From Chiloscyllium plagiosum (Eukaryota): a DNA stretch of 45,450 nt. A program made the translations under genes and the position numbers. The notes beneath the pieces were generated by a model. That model was not told where the DNA came from. It worked only from the letters and a program-made list of their open reading frames with translations, and ran no database searches. The stretch is taken from the NCBI RefSeq assembly GCF_004010195.1, contig NC_057728.1:45964229-46009678 (forward strand), given 5' to 3'. Shown in pieces: positions 12,111-25,202 of this stretch (the first letter of the stretch is position 1; each line of letters begins with the position of its first letter).

Positions 12111-14235
12111 TGTCAGCAATCACCTCAGCTCATTCTTCCTTGGTTGCTGTCTTGCTCTACAACATCGTACTAGGAGATGCTTAGTACAAACAGCAGGAAA
12201 GCCTAGATTTGTAGCCTGGCATTGTGACATCTCTGACAAATATTCTAAATTATTTGCTGACAGCATAAGGTGCAGTAGAAGCTGATTGTTAGTACAGTCA
12301 GGCTCCTCATGACTTTGCCACACAGAAATTTACTGCAAAGTGTTATGTTACAGAAAAAATAGACATTAATTCTATTTTGTACAAATGTTCTGCTATTGCC
12401 ATTGACATTGTAGTTTAAGCTACAGTAAACATGCCAATAACAATATGCAGCACAAGTCAGAATGATCCTTTGTGTCTGGCCAAAATGTGTTCTGAGGATT
12501 GCATGTGTCTGATTCAGACTATCGAATATATGCTGAATACATCATAATGGAAACATATATATTTACCACAATTTATTGCACCAGTGACTCAACATTTATT
12601 TTCAGTATTTGTTTACAACGTGTGAATTTTATCTCTTGGCATTCATCTGGGTTTTGGTTATTCAAGTTTCTAATAATTTTCCTTCTGGAAATTGCCTCTA
12701 CGCTGACTGCATTTCACGGAATATAGATCTCACTCTTGGTCATTCACATTTCACATAGAATAATGAATATCCAATAATCCTGGAAATACATTAGCAAAGA
12801 CTTTGAATACCTTTAAGGATTCATGTTCAGTGTAATCCAAGCTGACAGCCAATGAGTTTTGTTTTAATGCAGTCTTTAAATTCAAAAAAAATCAAAAGAT
12901 GGACATGAAATGGATATGATTGAAGCAGTACTATTGCTGAAAGGCATACATTGTGTGGGGTACATCTAATTCCCAAAGTGTCACTCTTAATACTTTATGA
13001 GTCTAATATTGGTCTGCAAAATCATAAAGAAACAAATTATTATTTTTCATTTAAATTGACAAGCAGTGTGAAGTAGTCGATTTGGGCCCCTCTCAGAAAG
13101 AGGTGAAATATCGTGTAAATGGCAGGAAACATTGCACCACCAAATGTTCTTGTAACTCATCTTGTTATTTATTGTCTCATGAAAGGCCAGTGTTAGTAAG
13201 CAGCCAGTCTACTCCTGACAGCCACACAAATTAAACCTAGTTTACAAGCAATTTGCATCTCATTAGATCCAAATCATAATAAAACATTAAGAAAGTAATT
13301 TCATGAAAAATTATAAATTGGCTGCAGATGCATGTTGTTTTTTTTCCTGGAGAATCTTGTGGAGTACAGCACAAAAGAAACTCATTAGCATCTTGTCTTG
13401 TGAGAGCTGCAGCTGCATTAACTGCATCGCTGTCTTTATTGAATCACAAATCAGTTAACGTTCAGCTGTATAAAGCCAATTCAAAATTTAATTAAAACAG
13501 GACCTTTTCTCTTACTAGGCATATAAATCTGTTCTATTGAGGTTTTATTTGTTTCAATATCAAAGAACTTGAAGAAAACAATAGCAGTTAAGATAATACA
13601 TGCACAGATAATTTTACTATGGTGTGGATGCTGTGGTTCTGAGTTTAGTGTTTAATTTTGAATAAACTATTTACTGAGTTTCAAATAATAGCTTCAAATA
13701 AAGCTTTGAGACTTATTCAACTATTATGTCTTCCATCCTCTGTGAATTTATACTCATTCAAATTTCTACGGCCTACAGAAACTGAACACATTTTAGCTCC
13801 CAATCCACTTGCACATAGCTTCATCTATCTCGATAACATTCCGCAGCCCTTCAACCCATCAAGATCCCTACTGCCCTCCTACTCTGGCTCCTTGCAGATC
13901 ATCTATTTAATCCATCCACTATAATAGTTATGCTTTCAGCTACCTAGATCCTAAACTCTGGAATTTGCTCACAAATCTCTCCTTTGTGGTGTTCCTAAAA
14001 CTCACTTCTTAAACCTACCTTTTCACAAAAGGTTGTGGTCATCTATCCTAATATCACCTTCTGAGGCTTGGTGTTAAATCTTGTTTGATAAATTCTCCTA
14101 TGAAGCATCTTAGGAAGTGTTGAGGGCATTTCAAATGCAAATTGTTGTCGTTCTAAATGGAAACCATTAAGGATTTAAAACTGCAGACATTTTAGTTCTT
14201 GAAATATAAGCCAACACCACCTATTTTATGACAAA

Positions 14236-14335
14236 TTCTGAAGAAGCGTCATATGGGACTCGAAACGTTAACTCAGTTTCTTTCTCCACAAATGCTGCCA
14301 GACCTGCTGAGTTTCTTTCGCATTTTCTGTGTCTG
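14236..14335 (+). mobile_element. single arm of an older Penelope-derived element with hammerhead motif
   Basis: CTGAAGA-A-GCGTC(atatgg)GACTC-GAAACGTTA at 14238-14270, followed by 'gctgccagacctgctgagtttc'. Confidence 0.7.
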
Positions 14336-14782
14336 CAACTATTTTTATCAATTGAAAAGCTCTAGAATGAACCTGAAATGCTGCAGTAGATATCACCACT
14401 GATTTATACAACAAGATCCTACTTCTTAAAGCAAACAGGAATAATTATTTTCTCTCTACGAGAAGAATATTAGTCAAGAACAAACTGGCAAAGGAATCGA
14501 AACATTAAAGGCAATGAAGTTAGTTATTGCTATTGCTTTTTTTGCAAACTTAATTTCAAATGGTCAAGTTTAGAGACTAAGGAATAAGATTGACTTTATC
14601 ACATGGGCAGCTAAGTGAGTTGACAGCCACTGGCTAAGGAAGAATGGCCTGTGATTTGAAGACAGTTGGAAGGTACTGTACAAGTCACTTCACTGCCAGA
14701 ATGTATCCCTTTCACTAGGGATAGCTTTTTAACTTCTTCTCAACTTTAAAAATTATTTGAGGGAAATATTCTTCTTCCTTAG

Positions 14783-14952
14783 ATTGTTCCATTCCCCACT
14801 TTCTTCATTCCTTTTTGCAAAAAATATTTGAATCAGAACCTGGTGAAAATAGAATGGGATGGCTACAAAATCCACGAGGACTTTGGTATACTGGGTACTT
14901 CTGTTGGGCCTCTGAACACGCCCTGGACTGTACTAGGTCATCCACCTTGACT
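14783..14952 (+). pseudogene. candidate exon E (...KIFESEPGENRMGWLQNPRGLWYTGYFCWASEHALDCTRSSTLT)
   Basis: Acceptor 'ttcttcttccttag' and ACT|gtgagt donor; one frame is open across all 170 nt and ends in phase 0; joining it to exon D needs removal of 1 nt (A6 run at 14819-14824). Confidence 0.6.
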
Positions 14953-15057
14953 GTGAGTATCCAAAAGTGGATGATGGATCATCTTAAAGCAGCGGGATTG
15001 TGTACGGATTGTGTTCCTCACAGTTTGAGGCTCTGGCCAATAGTGGTCCCCACCCTG

Positions 15058-15647
15058 ACCTGAGTTGGGGAATCATGTTGCAGCTGTACAGGACATTGGT
15101 TAGTCCACTTTCGGAATATTGTATGCAATTCTGGTCTCCCTCCTACCAGAAGGATGTTGTGAAACTTAAAAAGGTTCTGAAAAGATTTACAAGGATGTTG
15201 CCAGGGTTGGAGAGTTTGAGCTAAAGGGGAGACTGAATAGGCTGGGGCCATTTTCGCTGGAGCGTCAGAGGTTGAGGGATGACCTTATAGAGATTTATAA
15301 AATCATCAGGGGTATGGATAGGGTAAATAGATAAGGTCTTTTCCCTGGCGTGGGGGAGTCCAGAGCTAGAGGGCATAGGTTTAGGCAGGGAGGAAAAATT
15401 TAAAACAGACCTAAGGGGCAACCTTTTTGTACAGAGGCTGGTGTATGTATGAAATGAACTGCCACAGGAAAAGATGGAGTTTGTTGCAATTATACCATGT
15501 AAAAGGCATTTGGATGTGTGCATAAAAAGGAAAGGATTAGAGGCATATAGGACAAGTGCTGGCAAATGGGACTAGATTAGGTTAGTTAGCATGGACGAGT
15601 TGGACTGAAGGGTCTGTTTCCATGCTATACATCCCCATGATTCTGAC
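15058..15647 (+). mobile_element. CR1 LINE 3' fragment
   Basis: MLQLYRTLVSPLSEYCMQFWSPSYQKDVVKLKKVLKRFTRMLPGLE, followed by the CR1 3' UTR. Confidence 0.9.
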
Positions 15648-18039
15648 TGAGCACGATCCTCCCACCAGATTCTGACTTGGCAGTTTGGTTGAATGAATAT
15701 CCTTGGATTTGTTTTGTGTTTGCTGCACAGACGGCTAGCACATTCTGCAGGTGTTATTCTGCAGTTTTGGTGCACTGTTCACCAAGATGACCCATCCCAC
15801 CCCACCCACAACCTCATGACAAGAGTGACAAGGAAGCTATCTGTGTGTCTGCATTAGACAGGCCCTTACGACAGCAGTAGAGAAAGTTTTCAGTCCCGGC
15901 TGAAGTGCCAATGTATTGAAAGGTTTAGTAAGGCAAGGGTTTCCATGGATGATCCAAGTATGCAGGTAGTTGCAATATGAAGGCATGCTGAGAGAGTAAG
16001 TGAACAGTTCGAAGATGTAATGGAGTCCAATCCTTGATATGGGGGGGCGGGGGGTGTTGCCCATCTATGCATGTAAAATATTTCTCCTGCAAACATCTCA
16101 GTACTAGCTGTCAGTGCTCCCTTCAATGCAAATTTGTGTGTGAACTGCTTGGTAGTGCATCAGAGAGGTGCCATGATGATCATGATACGTTGACAGATAT
16201 TGGGTGTCAAACTACACAGATGAAGGGATGTATGTGGCTGGTGCCCTTGTATCATGCCCTGAGATGTTGTCCAAGTGTAATATTGTGGTTGGTCAGAGGA
16301 AGTGATGAGCTGAATCCACCAAGTATATACTCTGAATAAAAATCTTCCAAGATAATATAAATGGATAGAATGACAGAAAAATATGCTGATGCTAATGAAA
16401 TCGGTTTTATCATTTTATTAAAATGGATTTAGATGGTAAAATCATGAAAGTTATCCTAAACATTGTCTATTTTCTCTCAACCACATGGTGTTGACTCAAG
16501 CTTGTTTTAAACAACATCCACGAATCAGCAATTGCATGCATTTAACAATGTTAAAGATGAAGAGTACCAGAACATTTAAGAGATAAGTGGATCATTACCC
16601 TTTTAAAAATAAAAAATGTTAAGTATTGTGTGGGATAAGTACAAAGAAATAGGATTGAAGAATGGTTCTTTCGAAGAGATTGGGGCAATGGGCCAAAAAG
16701 ACTCCTCCTGTGCTGCAAAATCCTGTTTTTATATGTCTGCTGCTTAGGAATAATTTCCCAAGCTTCAGTTTCCTTCTGTAACTTGTCCAAGCTCTCATTT
16801 CTCATCCAGGGTCAGCAAGTATTTGCAGAGCATTCAACTGCAGGCACTTACACCTGAGCTCAAATCTATCCTTCCCTCACCATCTGTACAAGGCAGCTTG
16901 CAGCAACAGTCACTAAATAGTGACTAGGAATATCCACCCTCTCCAATACTCTTCACCTTCGCCAGGGAGTGCCGAACACATTGTAACACTTTGCTATTTG
17001 TAGACTTAAATGTTGATTTATTATTTTAGGTTTTGTTTTACTGATTGTCTGAAACTGTGTTATGAATTAATGATTGTTTTTAATTTGTAGTATCACAATT
17101 TGACACTGAACAATCAGGAGGAGCTGAGACTTCAAGATGATGCAGTTTACTGGGCAAGATATAGTTAGCCCTGTAAGTGTAGTATAGGCACAATAAATGA
17201 AAAAAAAATCATAATGCTAATTAGATCTCATTCAGTCCTCTCTCATGAGCCAGTGTAGCATAAGAGTAAAATTTTTATCTGGGTGACTTTTGCCTACTAA
17301 AGATGATTCACTAGTGAAGACTTGGATGCTTTCATTCCTTCACACTAGGACACTTGCCAAGATCAATCAGCATTTGGTGATGGTCCTTCAACTTTAGCAA
17401 AATAAAAACCCAACTCACAATAATTCTGGCAGTAGAATTATAATACCTAGCAGGCATGGGCAAGATATTGTCGAATAGTGATTTTGTTTGTCTCATAATA
17501 GCCACTTTACACCACATTAAGTAGACATAAGATCATGAGTTATTCATACTGGGAGCAATCTTAACCATCCTCCTTCCCTCCACTGTGGTAACTGTACTAT
17601 GGGTAGTTCACATCGGTTAAGTGTTTTACCCATTAATGTCCATGCACAATTCCACAGCCTTGAATTTTAACCTTCAATCTTAAGCAAAGCAAGAACATCT
17701 GCCTAAAGCTAGAGTGGTCTTTCTTTAAATATTGTGATGATAATGGGAAATATAGACTATTGAATTTTGGATTATACTGAGACTTTTGATGGACTGTTTT
17801 TTTAAAAAAGGGAAGAAACATGGATCTAATTTGGCTGCCCTGGTCACCTGACTACAGATTGAGAGAAGCTGCACAAGACCCATGTGGAATAAACAAAACT
17901 GCCTTCACTGACATTACCAATTTTATCAGAAGATACCAAAACCAGCAACTTATATAATTAACACTGCAGAATACCCTATGCATTAATTGTACCGGGCACA
18001 TTTCAAAAGGTAGTTCTTCAACCTTGTTGAACAATAAAG

Positions 18040-19545
18040 GATATTCAATCTACTTGACATGTTTGTCAATGGAACGGACTCAGCAGAATATGATCAGAAG
18101 TTATCAGTGATGTTTACCCAAGTCATAAAAATTCTCAATATCTGAGACTACAGCACAGAATGACAGCAGCTGGGATAAAGCCTATGCATAACAACGTGAA
18201 AATGTTTTGTATGCTTCCAATACTATCTAGTATGAAAGAGTTAGAATCATTTCTTGGTACTACCAACTTTCAATCACAAATTAGTCCCCATATATGCTTA
18301 GACTATGAATCCTCTTCAAAAGATTCTGCAAAAACCTGCACAAGGGGAATGCAGGGCATGGCAAAATGTGAGCTGATATGTTAAAGGCAAAAATGACATC
18401 TCTGGCAGTTGGCACACATTCTGACCTATGTGTTAGGAAATGTGAATGGAGCTGAATGCTCACAGTAAATTAGTCACTTGCTTCCTCCAATCACCTAAGC
18501 AGCATACCCATTGGCAGAAACCAAACACAACTTTACTGGACAGAAGGAAGCACTAGTCGGTACTTTTGCTTTGCATATGTATCTCGGTGGTAATAAATTC
18601 ATTCATTGCACTGATTTGTGAACACATCCTAGAGTGTTAGCAACATCAGGATCTATGTATGTGCAAATGATTATCTTTATCATTCAAATTCAAGTAGGTT
18701 CAAGCAACTGAACAGGCATCATGCGTAGTCATCAAAGTATTAACATTGCAAACAGCATTATATAGATCAAAATGATTTGCAACAAAGACTATTTAATCTT
18801 ATTATTTTTGTATCTGTTACACAGATTTGTTACACGAAAAGTTGAAGGCAGCCAGCATGCTGCAGAAAATAATTCAATGCCTGGAAACCAAGTGGTCTCA
18901 TAAAATCGAAAAAGGATTGATTCATGCTAGCTAGTGTAAAGTGTCCACAATAAACTTGACTTATTTGATGTCACACAGGAAACTTCAATGGTTATCCTGA
19001 AAGTGCGATAGCAACGTGTCTTGAGTCATAACCTTAAAAGCCATTTGAGATGCTGTTAACATGAAATAACGGCCCTGTGAAACAACTCCCGAGAAAGTGT
19101 CAGGTGACCAGCTATAGATTGCCACATAGCAAAGTTCATTACAAACTGCTTTAGAATGAAGATTCAGTGGAAAATTCTGTTAAATCATGACTTGTATCTC
19201 TACAACTGACCCCCATGGTCAACAAAACCATGCCAACAACTCCAAGTAGATATTATTTGAAAAAGTGCAAGCAGCCACTAACAATCACTGTTTCTTTGCT
19301 CGTTGTTCATGACCAAAATAACAAATGGCCAGAAATCATTACAAGAAGTTCTACAAGCGCCACGTCAGTCACTGGTATTCTTAGCAATTTGTCTGTGAAT
19401 GGGGCTTTGCAGGCAATATTGTTACAGAAAACGAGCAGTTTCTACTCAGTTCACAGAGTTCCTCTGTGTTATGGAATTTACCAATAACACATAATATAAC
19501 ATCACAATACAACCCACAATCAAATGGGTGATGGTGTTAAACAAC
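18040..19545 (+). mobile_element. highly decayed Gypsy-type LTR retrotransposon pol remnant
   Basis: RT-connection-like AAGIKP...MKELESFLGTTNF, integrase-like LLVVHDQNNKWPEII...STSATSV and YNPQSNG (about 19508-19528) occur in pol order with many stops and frameshifts. Confidence 0.65.
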
Positions 19546-21882
19546 GTAACAGGGTGATCCCACAAAAAAACTGCCATCCAGCCTCATGAGCCTGATCTGC
19601 TACTCAAATAGGTCAATGCTGGTCTGTAACCTCAAATCTGCATTCCTACTAAACCCTTATTATCTTTCACCTGGCTGATTACCAGTATCTCTTTACATCC
19701 ACCTTAAAATATTCAAAGACTCTGCTTCCATCTTTTTAGGATGGCAGTTCCAAAGGCTCTCAACTTCATTAAAAAAGAGTTACCTCATCTTTGCTTTAAA
19801 TGGGCAATTCCTAAATCATGAATCCATTTCTAGATTTTCACCCGTAAGAGGAAACATTGCCTTCACACAATGGAAGCAAGGGAATTTCTTGAATGCTGGC
19901 TTTTTGGAAGTGATGTCTGTTAATGGCACTAGTGATATATAATAGTAATAATCAGCAGCCAGACCTTAAAGTGACTCTGTTTAAATGCTTAAGTGGAGAA
20001 AAAGAAAAAAGAATTCTTTCTCAACTTTAATCTCTTGTTCCCAGCAGGAACAGTCATTTGCTAGCCCAAAACGGATGGAAGTGTACATACATTGATATGA
20101 AGAATTTGTTTATTTAGAAAAAGCATGAGGAGATTTTGTATTCCATTGTCAGCTGATAGTGCTTGTGTCTGAATTTTTTTAAAATGCATTAGCAAGAAGA
20201 ACCACTGAAATAATGCCTGTCAATATTTCTGTAAAAAACTGATTTTTTCCATGCTAAAGCAGAAGTAGATATTCTGGAAAACATTTGGGAATTCCTCTGA
20301 ATATCCTGGTATTGGCTGTCTTTCCAATGATTGAGTTTGTTTGCATGGAGTGTGTCGGAGCTGGAGAAAAGGACAGTTTAAGAAAATCAGAATTATTCGG
20401 TTAAATCATCCAGTTCAACTAATGAAGCAGTATAACAGCTCACCTAAATTCTAAAATTGTTATTAATGCAACATTTTGGGTGAGCTCTTTTATATTGGGC
20501 CTATTCAACTGAACAGTTTGTGAAGAGTTAATTCCTTTTATTTCTGCAAAGGCTGTAGTGTTAACTGGCACAACCTGCATTTATTGCTCATCATTTATTG
20601 TCCTTGAACGATTAGCTCTCTGAGTTATTTCCCAGACATTTTGGAAGTCCATCACACTGTTTTGATTTGCAGTCACTTGTAGGACAGATTTCCTTCCCTA
20701 ACAGGGACATTAGTGAACCAGATGGGTTTTTATAACAGTTGATTAAAAAAAAGTCTTCATGAGACTAGCTTATTATTCCAGCTTTTATTGCTTCCAAATT
20801 TCACCATCTGCTGTGCTAGGATTCAAAGCCAGGTCCCCAGAACATTATCCTGGAAATCTGGATGACTAGTCCACATTAATGCTATGTCACTGCCCCCTTT
20901 GAGTTTGTAATGAATTGTAATATTGTTAGCAATGAATAGGTTTGTTGACAAGCAATGATGGATGTAAACATTTTTTTGTCATGCCCGTAGGTCAGTGATG
21001 CTTGGCACAAAGAATAATCTCTGTAACCAAGCAGACAGACCCAGGACCCAGGCAAAATTGAGGCTAGTCACTCCTGTCAGTCATTCACTTTAGACCACCG
21101 GCCTCACGATAGCATTGCTTGGGGAAGTTGGAGGAGTCGAAGAATATAAATGAGGCCATCATGAGCCATTAGCATGCCTGAATAACTGCCTTGAAGCTGG
21201 GAGAAAAATTCTTGTATACATATATAAATAAAAGCTTGCATTGGGAACTGACTGTCAGACTGCCACCAAGGCACCCAAAAACTGAGCAATGCAGCCTCAG
21301 CTCCTATTCTGCTTAGGCTTGAAAGATTTCAGGGGGTTGAGGCAAAATAAATTTTTGGTTCTTCATTTTACAAGCATGGCAGCCAGCAATGTGTGGTTGT
21401 GCACATTTCTGGTATATATGGATTATATACGAAATATGAGTTTTTGTTTTAAGAACCTGTATACCAGTCTTGGATTCAAACCAGTACTTTAGTTTAACAT
21501 CTGCTCAATGGCTTCAATATTTCTCCACAGCTCACTCTGCCCTGCATGAATTTTTGCATTTGATTGATTACAGTCACCATCTGGAATGTAAATGATTTGA
21601 ATTTGCCAACGTAGAAATGTAATTTGTAAAATTAGAATTGCTAAATCAAATGATTGAACAATTCTTGCAAAATGCTGGTCAGTTGAAATAAGATAGCTGC
21701 ATAAAAGAAATCATGGAATTTCTTTTAGCTGGTAGTGTCATATTTAGTGGGTGAAACATGAACAAAGAAGAATGTAATTTATCTGGGCAGAAAATGACAA
21801 AGGAGTTTGGTTTTAATGACATCAAAATGTTTCATATTTCCAAAGCTTAACTTGAAACTGCATTTTTGTTTCTATTTGACAG

Positions 21883-21949
21883 TTTCAAAGCAATTTCATA
21901 AATTCTAAAATCAACCCAATGGTGGTCTTGCTTCTGAGTAGTGTTCTTG
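21883..21949 (+). pseudogene. candidate exon F (FQSNFINSKINPMVVLLLSSVL)
   Basis: Strong acceptor 'tttttgtttctatttgacag' and consensus TTG|gtaagt donor; only frame 0 is open; phase 0->1 fits exons E and G. Confidence 0.65.
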
Positions 21950-22319
21950 GTAAGTCAAAATCAAAAAGTAAATGTATTGAATAAATTTAAATAAATTTAA
22001 AAGTAAAAATATCAATGAATGACTGAAGTTTCAATGGAACATATCTTTTTGTAGGAACACTTTGAATTTTTGGATATCATATAAAGTATTCTATCCATCA
22101 AAAGTTATTATAAATGCAAAATCCTTGCTGCATGCCTCATGCCAAATAATTCTGGCAGATTCATGTTTAAAACTAAATTAGAATATTTATCAGAATCTTA
22201 TCCCATGCTGAGACGAGCTCTAGAAGTAACTAGAATGTCCAGAACCAAGTTTGCTTTCCTAAAACACTCATAACTATTTTCATGTTAGTTTAAACTTTTA
22301 ACTCCTATTCAAAAATTAG

Positions 22320-22930
22320 TTCAAAGTCACTGGACCTGAAACATTAACTCTGCTTTCTCTCATAGGTGTTGCCTGACTTACTGAGTTTTTTCAGCAATTT
22401 CTGTTTTGTTTCTAATTTCTAGTCTCTGCAGTTATTTGGGAAACAAAAATAGGACTTAATAGGTCTTACAGCCTCTGTGGAGAGAAATCAGTCAATGTAT
22501 CAGGTCCGATGATCCTTCCTCACAACTGATCTGAGGAAGGTCACTGGACCCAAAATGTTGATTCCTCTCCATAGCTGCTGCCAGACTTGCTGAGCTTTTT
22601 CAGCAATTTCAGTTTTTGTTTCTGATTTATAGCATCTGCAGTTCGTTCAGTATTTTATGCAGTTCTTTGGTTTTTTGATAGCAAATAGGCAGAATGATTG
22701 TTGCATTCATTCATTAAAAACCCATGCAAGTTCTTGCCTTATCTAACAAAGAAAACTAATCAATGTGAACCAAATCAGTAACAAGTAACCATTTTCTGCA
22801 TGGATATCAACATTTTCTTCGCTACAACCAATTCAAAAGAAGGGTCACTCGACCCAAAGTGTTAACTCTGCTTTCTCTCCATGGATGCTGCTAGACTTGT
22901 TGAATTTCCCCTGCAATTTCTATTTGTGTC
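22320..22930. mobile_element. cluster of three or four degenerate Penelope-derived arms
   Basis: Repeated 'gtcactggacc..aaa.gttaactctgctttctctcca...gctgc...acttgctgag' units; decayed hammerhead core at 22531. Confidence 0.65.
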
Positions 22931-23910
22931 AGTAATTTGGCAGCATGCCCATGCTGGTTCAAGAAAGATCACTACTTGGTCATGTTCGATGTTAATTCAT
23001 AGTAGCCTGCAGATTTTAAGGGGGTGAGGGCGGGGGAGTGGAGAAGAGGATGAAGTGATTGTTGTGAAGTTGAAAGGAACACAGTTTTAATGTACTGGAA
23101 GACAGCAAGTGTCCACTGGGAGCATCTCCAGATTCTCGGAGTGTGTGCTTGAGACTTAGTGATGGATGCTGTAGGGTAAAGAATGTTCCATTTCCAAAAG
23201 GTGACAGGTGCCCTGTCATACTGACAAAGAAGCTTGCTTCAAAAGTAGCATGAGAAATCAAAGCCTACTGTTTCTTAACACAGACATTATGAAAGGAGTC
23301 GAATGATCTGACTTGAATGTTAAGGTAAGGCTCCTGTCCATAGTGCTTAATCTTCTGGGATGATCTTGGAGGTGTGGGGTTCAGACCTTAGGTGGCATAC
23401 TATAATTCTATCACCCTCCCACTACCATCTGAATTCTGGGCAGGATTGCCCATTGGTACTCGTTTGCTTGCCATCAATAAAATGCCCAATTAATAACCAT
23501 TTAAAGCTTCACCGCAATATGGTGGGTATTAAACTCAACTGCAGATGGACCTGTTGCTGCTTGGTGCAGACAGCAGCTAAAATGTGCAGTCAGCTTGTCA
23601 TCTCTAGGCAAGTTGCAGGGGGCAGCCTTTGATCAAACTGTTTGGTCATTGGGAAAGGATGGCCGACTGTGGGCAACTCCTTTGCCCTTGCCATTGACAC
23701 CTCCACTCCCTTTCTCTACAACATCTCTGCACATTAATTGTCTATGGGCTTGGGTAACTGAAAGTACATGATCACTCTCATTCAAACACACCAATTCGAA
23801 TTTATCATTTAGATTATGACTGAAATAGAGTTCAGTACTACGTAATGCATGTAATGAAGTAGAAGCAGTGGATGGCTCAGATGATGGCTCACCTGGAGGA
23901 TAATGCTACT

Positions 23911-24218
23911 TTAGATTGGATTAGATTCCTTACAGTGTGGAATCAGGCTCTTCAGCCCAACAAGTTCATACTGACCCTCTGAAGAATAACCCACCCAGAC
24001 CCATTTCCCTCTGACTAATGCACCAAACACTATGGGCAATTTAGCATGGCCAATTCACCTGCCCTGCACATCTGTGGACTGTGGGAGGAACCAGAGCACC
24101 CAGAGGAAACCCACGCAGTCACGGGGAGAATGTGCAAACTCCACAGAGTCACCTGAAGCTGGAATTGAACCTGGGACCCTGCTGCTGTGAGGCAGCAGTG
24201 CTAACTCCTGAACCACCT
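23911..24218 (-). mobile_element. HE1-like tRNA SINE
   Basis: Reverse-complement match to 1631-1964, including the tRNA head and (AGATT)n tail. Confidence 0.88.
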
Positions 24219-24759
24219 TGCAAGGTAAAGACTTTTAGAGTTCAATTTTCATGGAACAAGAATTAGCCGTGCAGCTAGAATTGTCAGGAGCAATAAATCT
24301 ACCTGACAGGTGAACTGTGTTGGTGAGGATGGAGAAAGCTATTTGTTTGTGTGACAGCCAGGTATAGCATGGAGTCACTTCATGGAGCTTATGAATACAC
24401 TTTACAGTTTAATGTCAATGAAATCTTTCATTTTATCACTAAGTAGTTATTTTTATGCAGTAATTTTCTCCCTAGCTGGGGTGGAAGACTGTGCCTGTAG
24501 TTCAGCTATTTCACTGTATGCTGACATAAATGTAAGTGCGTGTATAACAAACAGCCATGAATCTTCGAAATATTATAACAACTAAAAACATCAGTTGTGC
24601 CTTCAAAATCTGTTAAATTTCGTAGGATCATGTTTTGGTAATAGAACCACTGTGAACTTATGAAAGGACCTTCTCAGTAATACTGGTATTGAGAAAGGAA
24701 CCAATCTGTTATCTTGGTCGTGCACCTTTCTCAAACATGCTGGACACAGATGAGGTCAA

Positions 24760-25200
24760 ACCAAAATACTGGAAGTTTTGGTCTCCTTATTGAGAAAGGA
24801 AGGAGGAAGGAGGAAGGAGGACTGGTCCGTGGGGCAAGGGGATTGTCCTACAAGCAAAGATTGAGTAGGTTTGGTTTATGTTCCCTGAAGTTTAGAAGAA
24901 TGAGTAATAATTGTGGTGGGTTTGAATGGTAGGTTTTAGGAAATGTTTCAACTGACTGAAGTTTCGAGAGCAATCAAGTCACAGTCTTAGAGCAACATTT
25001 CAGTCATTCAGATCTGAGATGAGGAGAAATTTCCTCAGAGTTGTGTATCTTTGAAATGTACTTTCTCAGTCACTGAGTATATTCAAAACAGAGATTATTT
25101 CATTTAAAAGAAAATCAGAAATGTAGGAATAGTAAATGTAAACGATCAGACATGGTCCTGTTGAATTGTGGAGGAAGTTCAAAGTGAAAAATGACCCTAC
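24760..25200 (+). mobile_element. old CR1 3' fragment
   Basis: RGLSYKQRLSRFGLCSLKFRRM plus decayed 'gagatgaggagaaatttc...cagag'. Confidence 0.65.
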
Positions 25201-25202
25201 TT

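Noticed and set aside
16055..16360. Possible second solo LTR (TG start, AATAAA near the end)
   Set aside because: No clear CA terminus or TSD could be defined by eye.
20260..20399. Open frame RSRYSGKHLGIPLNILVLAVFPMIEFVCMEC...
   Set aside because: Weak acceptor and donor; not needed for E-F phase continuity.
24476..24531. Exon-like segment (ttttctccctag ... AAT|gtaagt; AGVEDCACSSAISLYADIN)
   Set aside because: Its 56 nt would break the F-to-G frame and nothing else supports it; left as a possible cryptic exon.
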